Assembly (NCBI RefSeq): GCF_021028975.2 | Contig: NC_059434.1 | Span: 61,504,001-61,568,000, forward strand | Direction: 5' to 3' | Source: Sphaerodactylus townsendi | Lineage: Eukaryota | DNA length: 64,000 bases | Notes under the pieces: generated by a model | Told to the model about the DNA's origin: nothing | The model's input: the letters and a program-made list of their open reading frames with translations, nothing else | The model's database searches: none | Shown: piece by piece, positions 39,745-53,500 of the stretch | Layout of the letters: each line of letters starts with the position of its first letter | Numbering within the stretch: the first letter of the stretch is position 1 | Position numbers and translations under genes: made by a program

Positions 39745-42700
39745 ATGTCATTTCGAGGAAGAGGTGGTGGTAATCGGGGCGGAGGCTTCAATCGGGGCGG
39801 TGGTGGCTTCAGAGGGGGCCGAGGTGGTGGAAGAGGTGGATTTGGCCGAGGAGGGGGCCGAGGAGGCTTCAACAGATATGATCAAGGACCCCCAGAAAGT
39901 GTTGTTAGTAAGTATTAGTTCTGGATGGATTTTTTAAACACGCTTACGTTTGGACTGAATGTGTGATATTAATATATTTTTTTAATTTACAGTTCTGGGA
40001 GAGTTTATGCACCCGTGTGAAGATGACATTGTTTGCAAATGTATAACTCAGGAAAACAAAGTACCTTATTTCAATGCACCAGTCTATTTAGAAAATAAAG
40101 AGCAGATTGGAAAAGTGGATGAAATATTTGGGCAACTCCGAGACTTTGTATCCTTTAATAGTATACTTTTGAATGTTTACAGAAGATACAGTTCCTCAAG
40201 ATGTATTTTGCTGCATTTATATCTATATTCTGCATTTAAAAAAAAGAAGAAGAATCGTTAACTGTAAGATCAAAAATAGCATTGACTTCTGTAGACTTTA
40301 AAGCAGGGGTGGGGAACCTTTCTTCTGCCAAGGGCCATTTGGATATTTATAACATCATTCGTTATCAATTATCAATTTGGTCAAACATTTAATTAACTCC
40401 TAATGCGATGGCTAGCAACCTCTAGTATCCAAATAGAAGTCAAAGTTCTCCGTGTTAATTAGCCACAAACTGAGGAGGTGCTGCAGAGCCAGGGGCTTTG
40501 TATACTCTGCTTGGAGAAAGCGCCGGGGAAACCTTTGGAGATCTGCCACCACCACCCTCTTTGCACAAGGCATAGCTTGCATGGATGGGCATTCCCCGTT
40601 TGTTCAGATATCAATAAAGTCCTTGGGAAGCCCTCCTTATTATCTTCTTGACATGCCCAATTTTTGGTGGTGGAGCAATTTCAGGAGGGATAGGTGGTGG
40701 TGGATCAGTCCAAATGCTTTTGTGGGCCTTATACGGCCCGTGGGCTAGATATTCCCCACCCCTGCTTTATCTTAAGGGTTTCTTTTTCTGTTTTTACAAG
40801 CTGCAGGATAAGCTAGCTGGTGATTGGTATTTCATCCTAGCAGTCTGATGGATTGGAACTTTTCAGAGTCTGGGAGGATGCTGTGGTAATTCATTTATCC
40901 TTTGCTCAGCACATATGTACTTGATTGTAAAGTGGGGCATAGATTTTTTTTTAATGCTTTGCATTTCTAAACTTTATTTTTTTCTTGCCTCCTTATTTGG
41001 TGTCCCTTACTTGGACAATAAGACACTGTAGATGGGTTGAAGGGTATCTTGGATACATCTTGAATGTTAGTTATAAAATTCATTTGATTAAATACTGACT
41101 CTTGACCCTGGAGATATATATTCAGGGACCAATATCCAATATTTTCTGTCTTGTGGAAGTTGATCTGGTACCTGGACAGTTAAAGGATCAGAAAGATGCT
41201 TGTAGATACCAAGACCATCATATGGTGGGTGGCACAGTGTTCAGGAAAAGAAAAGGTGAACTGTGTAAGTTGAGGTGTTGACAATACTTTTAATTCTGAT
41301 TATTACATTAGTTTGTATACCATAATTCCATGGTACCTCTAAATCTTTCTAAGATAATTCTATCTGACACAAACACATGCCTGTCAGTTACTGTCAGGAT
41401 TGATAGATGGTACTACTTAGCATCAGAAATGGGGATGAGGCTGGATACTGCTAGCTCTTGTCCTGCAAGAGGGGGGACGACACTATCAGTCTTTATCTGA
41501 TTCCCCTGCTCACTGCAGCCCCCTCCTGTATGACTTTTGCTCAGATCTCCCAGAAGTCCAAAGGGGCCTCTCATCCCTCTCGTATCAGCACAGAAGTCCA
41601 AAGGGGCCTCTCATCCCTCTCGTATCAGCACAGAAGTCCAAAGGGGCCTCTCGTTCCTCTCACATCAGCAGAAAAGTTGGTAGCAGCCAGGCCTAGGTGA
41701 AATATGGCTGACAGTTTCTATGTAGCTGATCCTCAGTGCAGCAACAGTTGAGTTTGATCAGGAGCACATAAGTGTACTTTTAACGGGCAGCTTCTTTTGA
41801 ATACATGTTTTGTGCCCAAGTGTTAAAAGTAATGTTCTCTTTGAATTTCCGAAGCTCAGTTTTCTGACAGAACTTCTAGACAGTTCAGGATAGGAACGTT
41901 TTAATCTTATTGTCACTGGGGATTTTTCACTTAAACCCTTTGTAGACTTTCTGGGGACCTTCATGTTTATCGTGGTCTCTTGACTTCAGTCTAGCTCTTC
42001 CTCTCTTCGCTGAGGGGATTTGGTTTGAATGACTTCACAAAGAAATTGATTGGCTCCAGTTGGACTTGGAAAGTCTCTTAAGGATTAGGTGAGAACTATT
42101 TCCAACCTAGTGGAATATAATTACCAAACAAAAATCTGAGCTAAGTGGGTTCTGCAGCTTACTGTTTTCTTAGAGAGGGTTTCTCAAGTACCACTGTGTT
42201 TTCTTACACTAAATGCTTCTAAAGGGCACCTGTTCTCATGGTTTCAGTTTCAAGCTGTAAGAATTTGGGCTACTGTCTGAGAATACTAATCCTGCCTGAA
42301 ATGTAAACTGGAAAAGGATTGTGAAGTACACATTCTTCTATAGAAACAGTAGGATTTTATAATATAAATGCCAAAAAAAAAATCCATGTGACTTACCAAC
42401 TGCACAAATGAAACAACTGTTACTCTTTATTAAAGAGGTTATAAATATAATCCTTGCAATATAATCCTTAAATTTCTAACAGTATTTTTCAGTGAAATTG
42501 TCTGAAAACATGAAAGCGTCTTCCTTTAAAAAGTTACAGAAGGTGAGTTTCCCTTAATGAACATCACATGCAGCTTTCCCTGTTAGGAGTTTAGTAAGCA
42601 AACATATGTATGCGCTAGCTACATGTGTATCGCATTCAATACATTGCACTGTAACATGGTCTGCTTGAAATCGGGCTCAGACTGCATGCTCAAGAGGATT

Positions 42701-44173
42701 TGTAGCTGAATTTTCCAGTGTGCTGTTTACTCTTGGGTTGATTTGACCATGGCTTTGGAGCAGGGTAGAAAGGGTTAGATTCCAACCTCCCACAGCTCTC
42801 ACAAACTGTTTCCTAGACAGAAATATGCTCCTACTCCCTATCCCGCATTCCCTCAGCCAGTATTAGTCTGGTTAGAGGGGAAAGACAGGTACAATGATGC
42901 TAGTCTTTTTAAATTTTCCCCATCCAGGATAAAGGGCTATTGAAAAGGAAAATATGGAGATGACTTGTCCTGAGGAACATTCATTCCACTCATTCCTCAA
43001 TTATGAAAGGAGCGAGTTTAAGTTGTTTCATGTATGGCAATGTGAGAAAGAGGTGGGGTTGACAATGCTGCCTTTTTCCCCACCTGTAGTTCTTTATCGA
43101 TCCAGCAAAATTGCTCCCTCTGCAGAGATTTTTGCCAAGGCCTCCTGGTGAGAAAGGACCTCCAAGAGGTGGAAGAGGAGGGCGTGGAGGCAGAGGTGGA
43201 GGCAGAGGTGGTGGTGGAAGAGGTGGAGGTAGGCTGCATTTTTTTTATTGCTGTGTGATCACATGAAGCAAGTGAGCTTTTTCTGGGTAGAACAGCCAGT
43301 TCTGAAAACAAGACGATTTTGGAGACGGCACATATTGTTCTGGGTAGTTTTCTCACCTGTTCGTTACCCATAAAATCTAAACTGTTTCCCTATTTACCTA
43401 TCTGCAGGTGGTTTCCGGGGTGGCAGAGGTGGCGGTGGAGGGTTCAGAGGCGGCGGCGGAGGGTTCAGAGGTGGACGAGGCGGAGGTGGTGGCCGTGGAT
43501 TTAGAGGTAAGGATATTTGTATAGATAGACATTCAAATTAATGATGCTAATTCCAAGAATAAATTGAGTAACATCAACACACACACACCTTTTTATGCCA
43601 CTGTCACATTCATACAGACATTCAAAGCTGCATTCTGGTTTTTGATGTTGTAGAAGTGCAATCGTTTTTAAACTGAGTCCCAAGAAGCTAAACCTTCCTT
43701 TGGAAACTTATCAGAATGCTTCGATGGAAACATCAGTACCAAAGATAGCCTTCTTTAAAGTGCAGCTTGTCTGCTAGCTCTGATCTGCAGCCATAGGAGA
43801 GTATTTTGCACTTTGGCACGCACTGTGATTATGAAGAGCAGTGGTGAGATTCAGGGGCCCTGGTTGATGCATAAATGTGTATTTGAGAACATTTTCCAGA
43901 ATCCTTATGGATATTTTGGCAAAGGAATCAGTAATCCTTAGCAGCTAGAGTGGTATAGAGAAGCTTCCGTTGGTAGTGGATGGTTTTAAGAATAGTAAGT
44001 AGAGCACCCAGCCCAATTCTTACAGTGTTTCAAAGTCCATAGTGCAAATAGGAATGAGACTTGCAGGTACTGCTTCACCCGTCTCTTTATAAGAAATTGT
44101 GTAGTCTTTTCAAGCATCAGGCACAAAGTTTAATTTGTGTTTTTTCTCTTTTAAATTAGGTCGAGGGCGTTAA
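39745..44173 (+). CDS. GAR1: H/ACA ribonucleoprotein complex subunit 1, 6 coding exons: 39745-39907, 39993-40147, 42483-42542, 43090-43228, 43408-43506, 44160-44173 (209 aa)
   Basis: [12 protein letters not shown]-box, core [24 protein letters not shown]...[45 protein letters not shown]...[16 protein letters not shown]-terminal RGG-box ending GRGR*. 630 nt, phases consistent. AATAAA at 44410-44415. Confidence 0.97.
40304..40764. mobile_element. hAT non-autonomous element
   Basis: TIR CAGGGGTGGGGAA/TTCCCCACCCCTG, TSD CTTTAAAG/CTTTATCT; ends shared with 62141-62789 (opposite orientation). Confidence 0.75.
41551..41670. repeat. 40-bp tandem repeat x3
   Basis: CAGAAGTCCAAAGGGGCCTCTCATCCCTCTCGTATCAGCA at 41551, 41591, 41631 (third unit diverged). 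Confidence 0.95.
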
Positions 44174-45649
44174 ATGAAGATTTGAAAAACAGATTCTGGA
44201 GTCGTCGCCAGGATAACAGAAGTGGATTTCTTGTAAAGTTGAATGCTGTAAAACAGGCTTTTCCAGCTTTTCAATAGACTAAAAGAAGGAAGCGTTATCT
44301 TACCTCTGGCTCATGGATAACTGTTAAGAAAGGTTATTGAAGAACTGCAGAGATCTTATAGTTCTGACCTTGAAATACATTTGGACTTCCATGTTTTTAT
44401 CAAACATGTAATAAAATGTTATTTTTTTAAGAAATGAAAAAATCAATTTTTTTAACTGAAACATGTTCTTGAAGAGGGAAACTAAGTAAAATAGCTTGCA
44501 GGTGCAAAACGCCACGCACAATGTTTTGTACTCCCTGCATTTTCCCCATACTGTGTTTCATGAACCTGTGAAAAGTTTGTGTGTCAAACAATTTGAATGC
44601 AGTTTCACAATAATATTTATAACATTCCTAAATATTATTTTTGAATGATCTTTTTATATTAGTGTTGAACTCATTACATTATTAGGGGCGCATGAATATT
44701 TCTCCAATGTCTGATTCTCTCCCTCTCATATTGTAATGACACACATATGAACAATTTGCTGCTAAGGGGCATTTCCAGCTTGCACCAACCCTGTAAGAGT
44801 GTGGGCCTAGAAATCATGCTTTTCCTATGGGTCCCCAATAAACTTACCGGGTTGGATCCAGTGCAAAATGTCTGCTTCTGCTAGAATTCTCGAGCAAGTA
44901 CAAATACAAGATAAACACTACATAGCTGCTTGTGCTGAGTCATACATTGTATCCCCACTTGCATTTCTTGTGCAACCAATTTCTGGCCACTGGTATAGTC
45001 TTGTGTGAGCAGAAATGCACTAAGTTTGTCTGTGTTTCCACTTGTGCGCCCAGCTCTATTTGCTAGGGTGCTGATCTTGGATCGGCCACATCCAAACAAT
45101 ATTTTTGAAGAAGAAGAGTATATATTTTATCCCAGGGCAGACCACAAAGACCAAATAATGACCCCTTTAAAAAGGCAGCATAAAAGGCAAGTTCTCTTGT
45201 ATGACTGATGTCACTATAGACAAGCAATATACAAAGTCATAAAATATGGGAAAGCAAGTAATAGTTTTACTGGGGAAGAAATAGTTTTTGCTAGTTTTTG
45301 TAAATGAAACAGATGCACTTATGTGCAAAGAAAAGGAATACAGTACCTATATGGGGCTTGCAGATGGTCAAATAGCGATCAATTGCTACCACCGTAAGCA
45401 AACCAGTGCTCGCCATTCTAAAAAAAATATTTAAAGCAGCATAGATCTGAAATTTGAGAAGATAATATTATGATTATTTTTAAAGCCATTTGTGTTATTC
45501 TCGTTGTTTCTGAAGGTTCCGAATCCTGCTGCCTTTTACAAAGCAAGCGCCGCTGTCCTCCAGCTGTGTATTCTAAGATCAGTATGGTTACGGTATATTG
45601 CTACCATCATTGAGCTTATGATATAAACATTGCCAGGAATAAAGTTGCC

Positions 45650-45947
45650 AAGAAGAAGAAGAGTTTGGATTTATATCCCCCCTTTCTCTCCTGTAGGAGA
45701 CTCAAAGGGGCTTACAATCTCCTTGCCCTTCCCCCCTCACAACAAACACTCTGTAAGGCAGGTGGGGCTGAGAGAGCTCAGAAGAACTGTGACTAGCCCA
45801 AGGTTATCCATCTGGCGTGTGCTGGAGTGCACAGGCTAATCTGAATTCCCCAGATAAGCCTGCACAGCTCAGGCAGCAGAGCGGGGAATCAAACCTGGTT
45901 CCTCCAGATTAGAGTATACCTGCTATTAACCACTACTCCACTGCTGC
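45650..45947 (-). mobile_element. Squam3-like SINE, full length
   Basis: As for 34758-35052. Confidence 0.85.
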
Positions 45948-46892
45948 TTTTGCCACTGCACTACCCAGGTTGCAGATGATATATAACTGTTGGCAAGTTC
46001 ATATATGCAAGCCCATACCCATGAGCAGTGTGTATATTTTTTTTACATAGCAATCTTGAGACAGCTCACAGAGCTTCTGATGACTGGCCATTTTAAGCAG
46101 CTCATTTGATTACAAAAATAGCTGTAAACTGCCTTGGCTTCAGTCCTGGGCACTCTGCTTGCAAGAGTGATTGAACTTTGTGGGACTTACTTTTGAGCTT
46201 CCGGTGAAAAATGGTTGCTGTGCTAACATTTCTATTCATAGTCATTCTTTTCTCCTTATCTGAGTATAAGAGGCTTGTATTAGTGAAGCAGCCCAAAAGC
46301 TAATGAAGATAGCATGCTAGATTTTTGAGTTGTTGATAACTCTGACAGGCTGAGAACTGTCCATGGGGGAAGGTAGGGGACCTAGGTTTGTGTAGATTTT
46401 CCTGAAGGATTCTCTTCTTACATTTTTGGCACTGCTGCAAGTGTAAGAGGTTTCTGCTTATCCTACTTATTGCTCGCTGCTTCTCCTTAAGATTTCACAC
46501 TAAGATGTGAAGCTGGAAAACTTTCTGTGTGAGCATCATTGACAAGGTGACATTTGGAACAAAACGACATATAAAACTGAAGATCTGTGATCAACATCGG
46601 GGCCACCTTGTTGATACCTTGATGGAAGAAGGCTTCATTCTTTCTAACTTGATTTCTAGTACAAATCCCCCTGGCCTCAAAGGGGAAAATGGATAGATAG
46701 TGTATTAAGTATACCTGGAAAAATAGTATCTGCAGGTATGCAGCATTAAAGTTTTTTTGGGGAAAGGGGTTGTTTGTGTCCTTGACTCTTAATTTTTTAC
46801 CTGTGTCTTTTAAAGGGGGGGGGGGTTGTTTGACAGCATATTGTGAGCATATTGACAGTTTTGAAAATCCTGACCAAAGCTAAAGTGCAATT

Positions 46893-47124
46893 GATTGTTG
46901 TGGGTTTTGCAGGCTGTGTGGCCATGGTCTGGTAGATCTTGTTCCTAACGTTTCTCCTGCATCTGTGGCTGGCATCTTCAGAGGTGTATCACAGAGAGAA
47001 ATCTGTTATAACAGCCACAGATGCAGGCGAAACGTTAGGAACAAGATTCACCAGACCACGGCCACACAGCCCGCAAAACCCACCACAACCAGTTGAATCC
47101 GGCTGTGAAAGCCTTCGACAATAC
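46893..47124. mobile_element. Penelope-like terminal fragment, inverted pair, upstream of RRH
   Basis: Reverse arrangement of 37122-37357. Minus-strand hammerhead-like CCT-CTGAAGA-TGCC..GGA-GAAAC-GTT-AGG at 46944-46984. Confidence 0.85.
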
Positions 47125-47501
47125 ACTAAAGTCCAAACTTTGCCTCTTTTTTTGGTAACATTTCAGGGGCAAAAAAAGAACACTGGCAGTACAAACTTTG
47201 GGGACTCTGCACCTCTGCTAATCTCTTTAGTAATAATGCCATGACGCATAAAGATCTCGCTGAAAAATCCACATGGCTCTGTGCTGGTCTTTGTTGAGTT
47301 AACAAACCGTTGCCTTTCACAGGCTGGGAATGTAAACCCCTTTGCTCTTTAGCCAAATCCTGTTGGGAGCTTTTCCGTGCGGAAGGACTGCTCCAGGTTT
47401 GCAGAGGAAAGGAATTCATGCGAAAAGGCTTGCTGTGTTCTTTGAATGGCCTCTTGCAAACTTGATCTGGGGAGGGAATTCCCAACTTTCTTTTCCTTGC
47501 A

Positions 47502-50500
47502 ATGTTTCTGAATGATTCTGCTGATGCTTCAGAAAAGGAACATGAACCTCATTCAGCTTTTACTCAGACTGAGCACAACATAGTTGCGGCTTATTTGATA
47601 ACAGCAGGTATGAATGTTTGAATGGGATTTAGGAGTTGGATTAAGACATTTTCTTAATGTTGGTACTGTCCTTCCCTTGAAAAACTGTCAAAGTTTCTTT
47701 TGCTCTGTCTTTATAAGATTTAGAAAATACATATAAAGTTGCAAAATATAAAGCTATAAGCTCTAACAGCTATTGGTCGTGCATTTGGAAGATGAAATTA
47801 TCACCAGGTATTCAGAGAGGCTTATAATGTTACCAGGTATTCAGAAAGGCTTATAAACATAACTTATTTCTTACTGTTCCAGTATAAGGGGCACAACACC
47901 ATATGAATGGTTGGATTTGGTTTAGGCTTATCTTCTGAAATTGAGGTGGCTGAAGAAGGATTTTGATAGATGAACAAAGTTTTCCACCGTACTCTTACTG
48001 AAGTAGGTGGCCCTTAGAGTACCCAGGTTCCAGACCATTTAGGAATTTAAGCGCAACAATCCGCATTTTGAGATTTCCAGGTAACCAGTGTTGTTTCATT
48101 GTTAGAGGTATGTTCTTGAGAGTTCATTCCTCATGACAGTCTAGTTACTCCATTCTGACATTTCTGAACAGTCTTCAAAGGAGGCCCCTTGTAGAACACA
48201 TTACAACAGTCGAGTTGAGGTATGACTAAAGCCTCAGATAATTGGGTTTACACCTGCAGATGCACATATACACCCCTCCAAAAGCTGGGCAAAGTTGCTA
48301 TATGTGAGGTTCCACCTATTAGTATGCCTAGGTTGTGAATTTACTCCTTCCAGAGGACTATTAATCTTCCCCAGAACTAGCTGCCCTATTTTGTGTAGGA
48401 GGGGACCACCTGTTGGATACCTGCTTATAATTTGAAAAATGAGATCCAACAATGTGAAAAATTGAGCTTTTTTGCTAAATTTGCTTTAGTATTGTGCTGG
48501 GTATAAGAGCTTTCTCATGAAACTGCACAGCAGGACCTCCTTGTTGACGTAGACATGCGTTAATGAGGTGTTTTCATTCGAATAGCCCAAGCATTAACAT
48601 GGGCCCATGATACCATTCTTTCAGTATTTTCAGCTGGCGAGGTGTAACATTTTGTTGACTTCCACAGCTGTTAAGTGGGGTTTGATGATCTGGTGAGTAA
48701 GCCATTTGATTCTATTCATGGAGGTTGTACGTTCAAGTGATGTTTGGCATCATGGTGGGTAGACCCTGGTCTCCCAGGTACAAACAGAGCCATGTTGTTT
48801 ATTGATGGGAGAAGCCAAAGAAGCTGGGGCTGAGGCACTTGTATACATTAATCCAGGGCTATGAGTGGTCTGTATCCACAAATTAGCCATGTAAACCTAG
48901 ATTCTAGAAGAAATTATATCCTGAGTAAGATGGTATCATTTGGTGCTCAGAGCAAACATCTAGCCTTCATATTTGTAGGGAGCAAAGAAATACAGAGAAA
49001 TGAATGTGACACAGAGGCAGGTGATGGGAAACCACCTCTGTCTTTCCTTGAAAACCCTGTAAGATTGCCACATCGGCCCCTTCCGCACACGCAAAATAAT
49101 GCGTTTTCAAACCACTTCCTCAACTGTTTGCAAGTGGATTTTGCTATTCCGCACAGCTTCAAAGAGAACTGAAAGCAGTTTGAAAGTGCATTATTCTGCA
49201 TGTGCAGAATGAGCCATTGTGACAGTACTTTCCACCACCATTTTTGAACGTACAGGCTGAGGAAGTATTATAAGAGAATAACAGTTAAGCCCTGAACACT
49301 GATGTACTTACAGTGCCAATGCAACGCTCCCCAGCATAACTCCAAGGAAGGTTTCTGGGCATGATCCAAAGACAGGTGAATAGACAGAGCCCGTGCCATA
49401 AAAAGTTTTAAAAATCCAATTGAGCACTTGAATTAGTGGAACTAATGGGTGAACCACAGAACATTCTAATGATATGGCTCTTTATATGGCTGTTGTGTTC
49501 CAAACTAGGTGCTGTTTCTGAATACTTTCCAAAGTACATAGGAGCTTTGATTTGGTAGTACCATGCAGGTTTCATAAGAAGATGGTCTAGCCTTCAATCT
49601 CTAGCAATGCCTGTAAAAAGATCTCTCGCAAAGTGAGACCATGAGATGCTGATACCAATCAAATAAAATATTGAGCAAGGTGGAATCAACACACCGTAGC
49701 TTCTTTTATTCAAGGCTCCAGCTTATTACAGTAATCAGCTTTTAGTGTAATTATTGCATGATCAGCTGTAAGTGCCCAGAATCTTTGTACCTGCTTCTTC
49801 TCTCAGGACTTTCACATTTTTCAGAGTTTGACATGTTGAGAAAAATCTGGGTCTGGAACATCTGTCCGTCTGCAAAACCAAAGGCTATTATAGAAGATAT
49901 GTACATATGCCAGCAAGATCAACATCAGTATAAAACCAAGACAATTGTGTGTGTATGTGGTTTAACTCATAATTATACATGAAGGTTTTTTAAAATGAAA
50001 AGAATGGCCTTTGTTAGCCTTTGTGATGTGATGTTTAGCATATGGGCTAGGCTTGGAAATAATAAATTTCAAGTTTACATGTGCCATGAAATTTCAAGGA
50101 TAGCCCTAGGCCAGTGATGGTGAACCTTTTCGAGACTGAGTGCCCAAATTGCAACCCAAAACCCACTTATTTATCGCAAAGTGCCAACACGACGATTTAA
50201 CCTGAATACTGAGGTTTGAGTTTAGAAAAAACAGTTGGCTCCGAGGCACATGTTATTTGGGAGTAAGCTTGGTGAAACAATTGTTCAACGCTTCAAATGT
50301 GTGAATCACTCTAGGAGGGTTTACTTAGAAGCAAACCCCATTGCCAGCAAGCAAGCTTACTCCCAGGTAAAGGATCATGCCCAGGCCAGCCTAGGTGTGT
50401 GTGTGGGGGTGATTTTCTGCTCCCCCCCACATGATGAACTCTGTGCATACGTGCCCACAGAAAGGACTCTGAGTGCCACCTCTGGCACCCGTGCCATAGG

Positions 50501-53500
50501 TTCGCCACTGCTGCCCTAGGCCAGTCAGCCTTTTTCAGTGTAACCTACCTCACAGGGTGGTTGTGAGGATGAAATGAAATGACAACTGAGCTGTTTAGAA
50601 CAATTAAATGTGTACATAAACTATTGGCTTGATCTGTGTGAGAGAAATCAGTCCAGATTGATCTAGCGATATTTTCTGAGTACAAAAGAAAAACCAGTAT
50701 TAAATGTTCCCCTGCCCTTTTCTGTCTCTTGCCAGGAGTCATAAGCCTTCTCAGCAACATTGTCGTACTGGGCATCTTTGTTAAATACAGGGAACTTCGG
50801 ACAGCCACCAATGCCATTATTATCAACCTGGCTTTTACTGACATCGGAGTGAGCGGGATTGGTTATCCCATGTCAGCAGCTTCAGACCTGCATGGGGGCT
50901 GGAAATTCGGCTATGCCGGCTGCCAGGTACTTCCTCACGGGGTTGCCATGAGAATAAAATGATGGAGGGGAAAACTTTATATACCATTCAGCTCCTTAAA
51001 AGAGTTGGGAGAGAAAAATGTGAACAATTCTAGGAGGTACCCATTAACTTCTTGAATAATTGGTTAATGTAACTGTTAGCAGTGGGACCCTACTAGTAAC
51101 ACGATGTAAAATTGCACTGACCTGTGATTAACCCTTTTGCTTCTCACTGGAAACAGAATGCTCTGAAGTTACAATTCTTAATTATCTGTGGGTCAACGTT
51201 ACTGTAGCGCATAAGGATAACACACTTTTTTTTGGTCTGCATTTAGGTATGCTGATTTCAGCACACTTGACTGCAGCAAGGCACACAGTGGACTAAGGAT
51301 ATATAGTATTGGGGGATCTCAAATTTTGTAATATGGAGTTCCATGAACCAGCAGTTCAAGAAGCTGGCACCTAAACAGGAAATGAGCCCTCAGTAGATTG
51401 ATGCACAGAGCTAACTTACCACTAGATGGCTCTCTAGGGTAGTATTCAAACTGCAGGAAAATACAAAAAAGGGTTTTTTGCTTCAGCATTGCCTTGTATT
51501 TCCACCTGTGAGGGTTATTAAGGATGAAATATGACCAGAGACCTCTATGCTGCCAGACAAGAGGTTAGACCAGAGTCTGCAGATAACAGCATTTGTGAGT
51601 GAATGACAAGGAGTTAGGGCTGCATGAAGAGTATAGACTAGAGTAAGAGGTCATCCAGATGACTGAATAATACAGCTATGGGATATAGCAGAAAGGGAGC
51701 GACTGATGGCAAAGCAGGGCCTGGGACATAGATGATAAAGGAGATAAAGAAGGCAAAGGAAGTCTAGGCAGGGAGTTCTGCTTTGCTCCAGAACTTTTGG
51801 ATCTAACTGATGTGAGAGAACATTTTGCTTAGGATAGCAAAAGAAGCCCTCTAATCATGAATATAAATGGCTTCTTGGCAACTTTATTCCTGGCAATGTT
51901 TATCTCTTAAGCTCAATGATGGTAGCAATATAACCATACTGATCTTAGAATACACAGCTGGAGGACAGCGGTGCTTGCTTTGTAAAAGGCAGCAAGATTC
52001 GAAACCTTCAGAAACAACGAGAATAACACAAATGGCTTTAAAAATAATCATAATATTATCTTCTCAAATTTCAGATCTATGCTGCTTTAAATATTTTTTT
52101 TGGAATGGCGAGCATTGGTTTGCTTACTGTGGTAGCAATTGATCGCTATTTGACCATCTGCAAGCCCCATATAGGTACTGTATTCCTTTTCTTTGCACCT
52201 AAGTGCATCTGTTTCATTTACAAAAACTAGCAAAGATTTAGATTATTTCTTCCCCAGTAAAACTATTACTTGCTTTCCCATATTTTATGACTTTGTATAT
52301 TGCTTGTCTATAGTGACATCAGTCATACAAGAGAACTTGCCTTTTATGCTGCCTTTTTAAAGGGATCATTATTTGGTCTTTGTGGTCTGCCCTGGGATAA
52401 AATATATAGCAGAACTTGTTACTATTTGTGGTTGTCCCCAAACAGAATGAACAGTCATATTGTTATTGGGATGGGAAGAGGTGGGTAAGTATTCACATTT
52501 CACTGCATACAGTTCATTAATAAAGTTTGTTTTTCCGGGCAATTCTGCACATGTGTCTCCCCCCCCGCCCTTTTTTTAGGTTGCTTTAAAAGTGATACCT
52601 TCAAAACTACAATGTCCCATGTCATAACTTCAAAGATATCTCATCTAAAACCAAAAAAGGAGAAAATGACACATCCATGGGATCACCAGGAAAAACTATA
52701 TTAATGAACTAGTTGTTGTGGGTTTTCCGGATTATGTGGCCGTGGTCTGGTAAATCTTGTTCCTAACGTTTCGCCTGCATTATTCTGCATGTGCGGAAGG
52801 GGCCTGCAATGGCATTTCTGGGTTTGCATCAGAAATGAGGTTGTGCCATAGCTGCAAAACCTATTTTGCATTTCCCCCCTTTAACACTCCACTGGCCACC
52901 CTACGTCTACAAAAAAGCAGCCAATCTATAAGGGCTCACAACTCACCAGAGGGTTCCCATTCACGAGTTGAAGAACACAGACTTATGTAAGATAACCATG
53001 TTAATTTACTCCCCGCTTTAGTCAAGTATTGAAGCTTTAAATGTTGACTAAACTGAATTATAAAAGTTACACATGAATAAATGGAGGTAACACTGTGTAT
53101 TTGACAATAGGTAGAAGCCTCTCTGCTCGTAGCTACACAGTCCTGATTCTTGCTGCCTGGATTAATGCAGTTTTTTGGGCCTCCATGCCTGTGGTGGGCT
53201 GGGCAAGCTATGCCCCCGATCCAACTGGAGCCACCTGTACTGTAAACTGGAGAAAAAATGACAGGTATGTTTTGAGACATGGGATATTGTCTCTGTATGC
53301 ATCACTTCATACTTCTTGTAGTGTGCCTTATAGGGGAACACCACATTTGTCAGGGAGGAGGGGGAGGAAATAGATGGGGGAAGCAAATAGAAGATACCTC
53401 TGTCCTCTATCTTCTCCTCAAAAATGCATGAGCCAGATTCTCATTCAAAGGATACTGTGATTTTTTTTGGTCTTTTCTGAATGATGCTGTTTTACGCCTT

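Larger units (their letters stand above)
40148..42482 (+). other. U12-type (minor spliceosome) GT-AG intron of GAR1
   Basis: 5' splice site GTATCCTTT; branch-site-like TCCTTAAAT 42465-42473 close to the AG; no polypyrimidine tract. Confidence 0.9.

Noticed and set aside
39584-39937. 117-aa Glu/Val/Ala-rich ORF and Pro-rich antisense ORF
   Set aside because: Alternative frames of the GAR1 RGG-coding exon.
41551-41670. CRISPR-like array
   Set aside because: Contiguous tandem units with no unique spacers; eukaryotic intron.
40148-44159. Intronic snoRNA in GAR1
   Set aside because: No convincing C/D or H/ACA architecture recognised by eye; an Infernal/Rfam scan would be needed.
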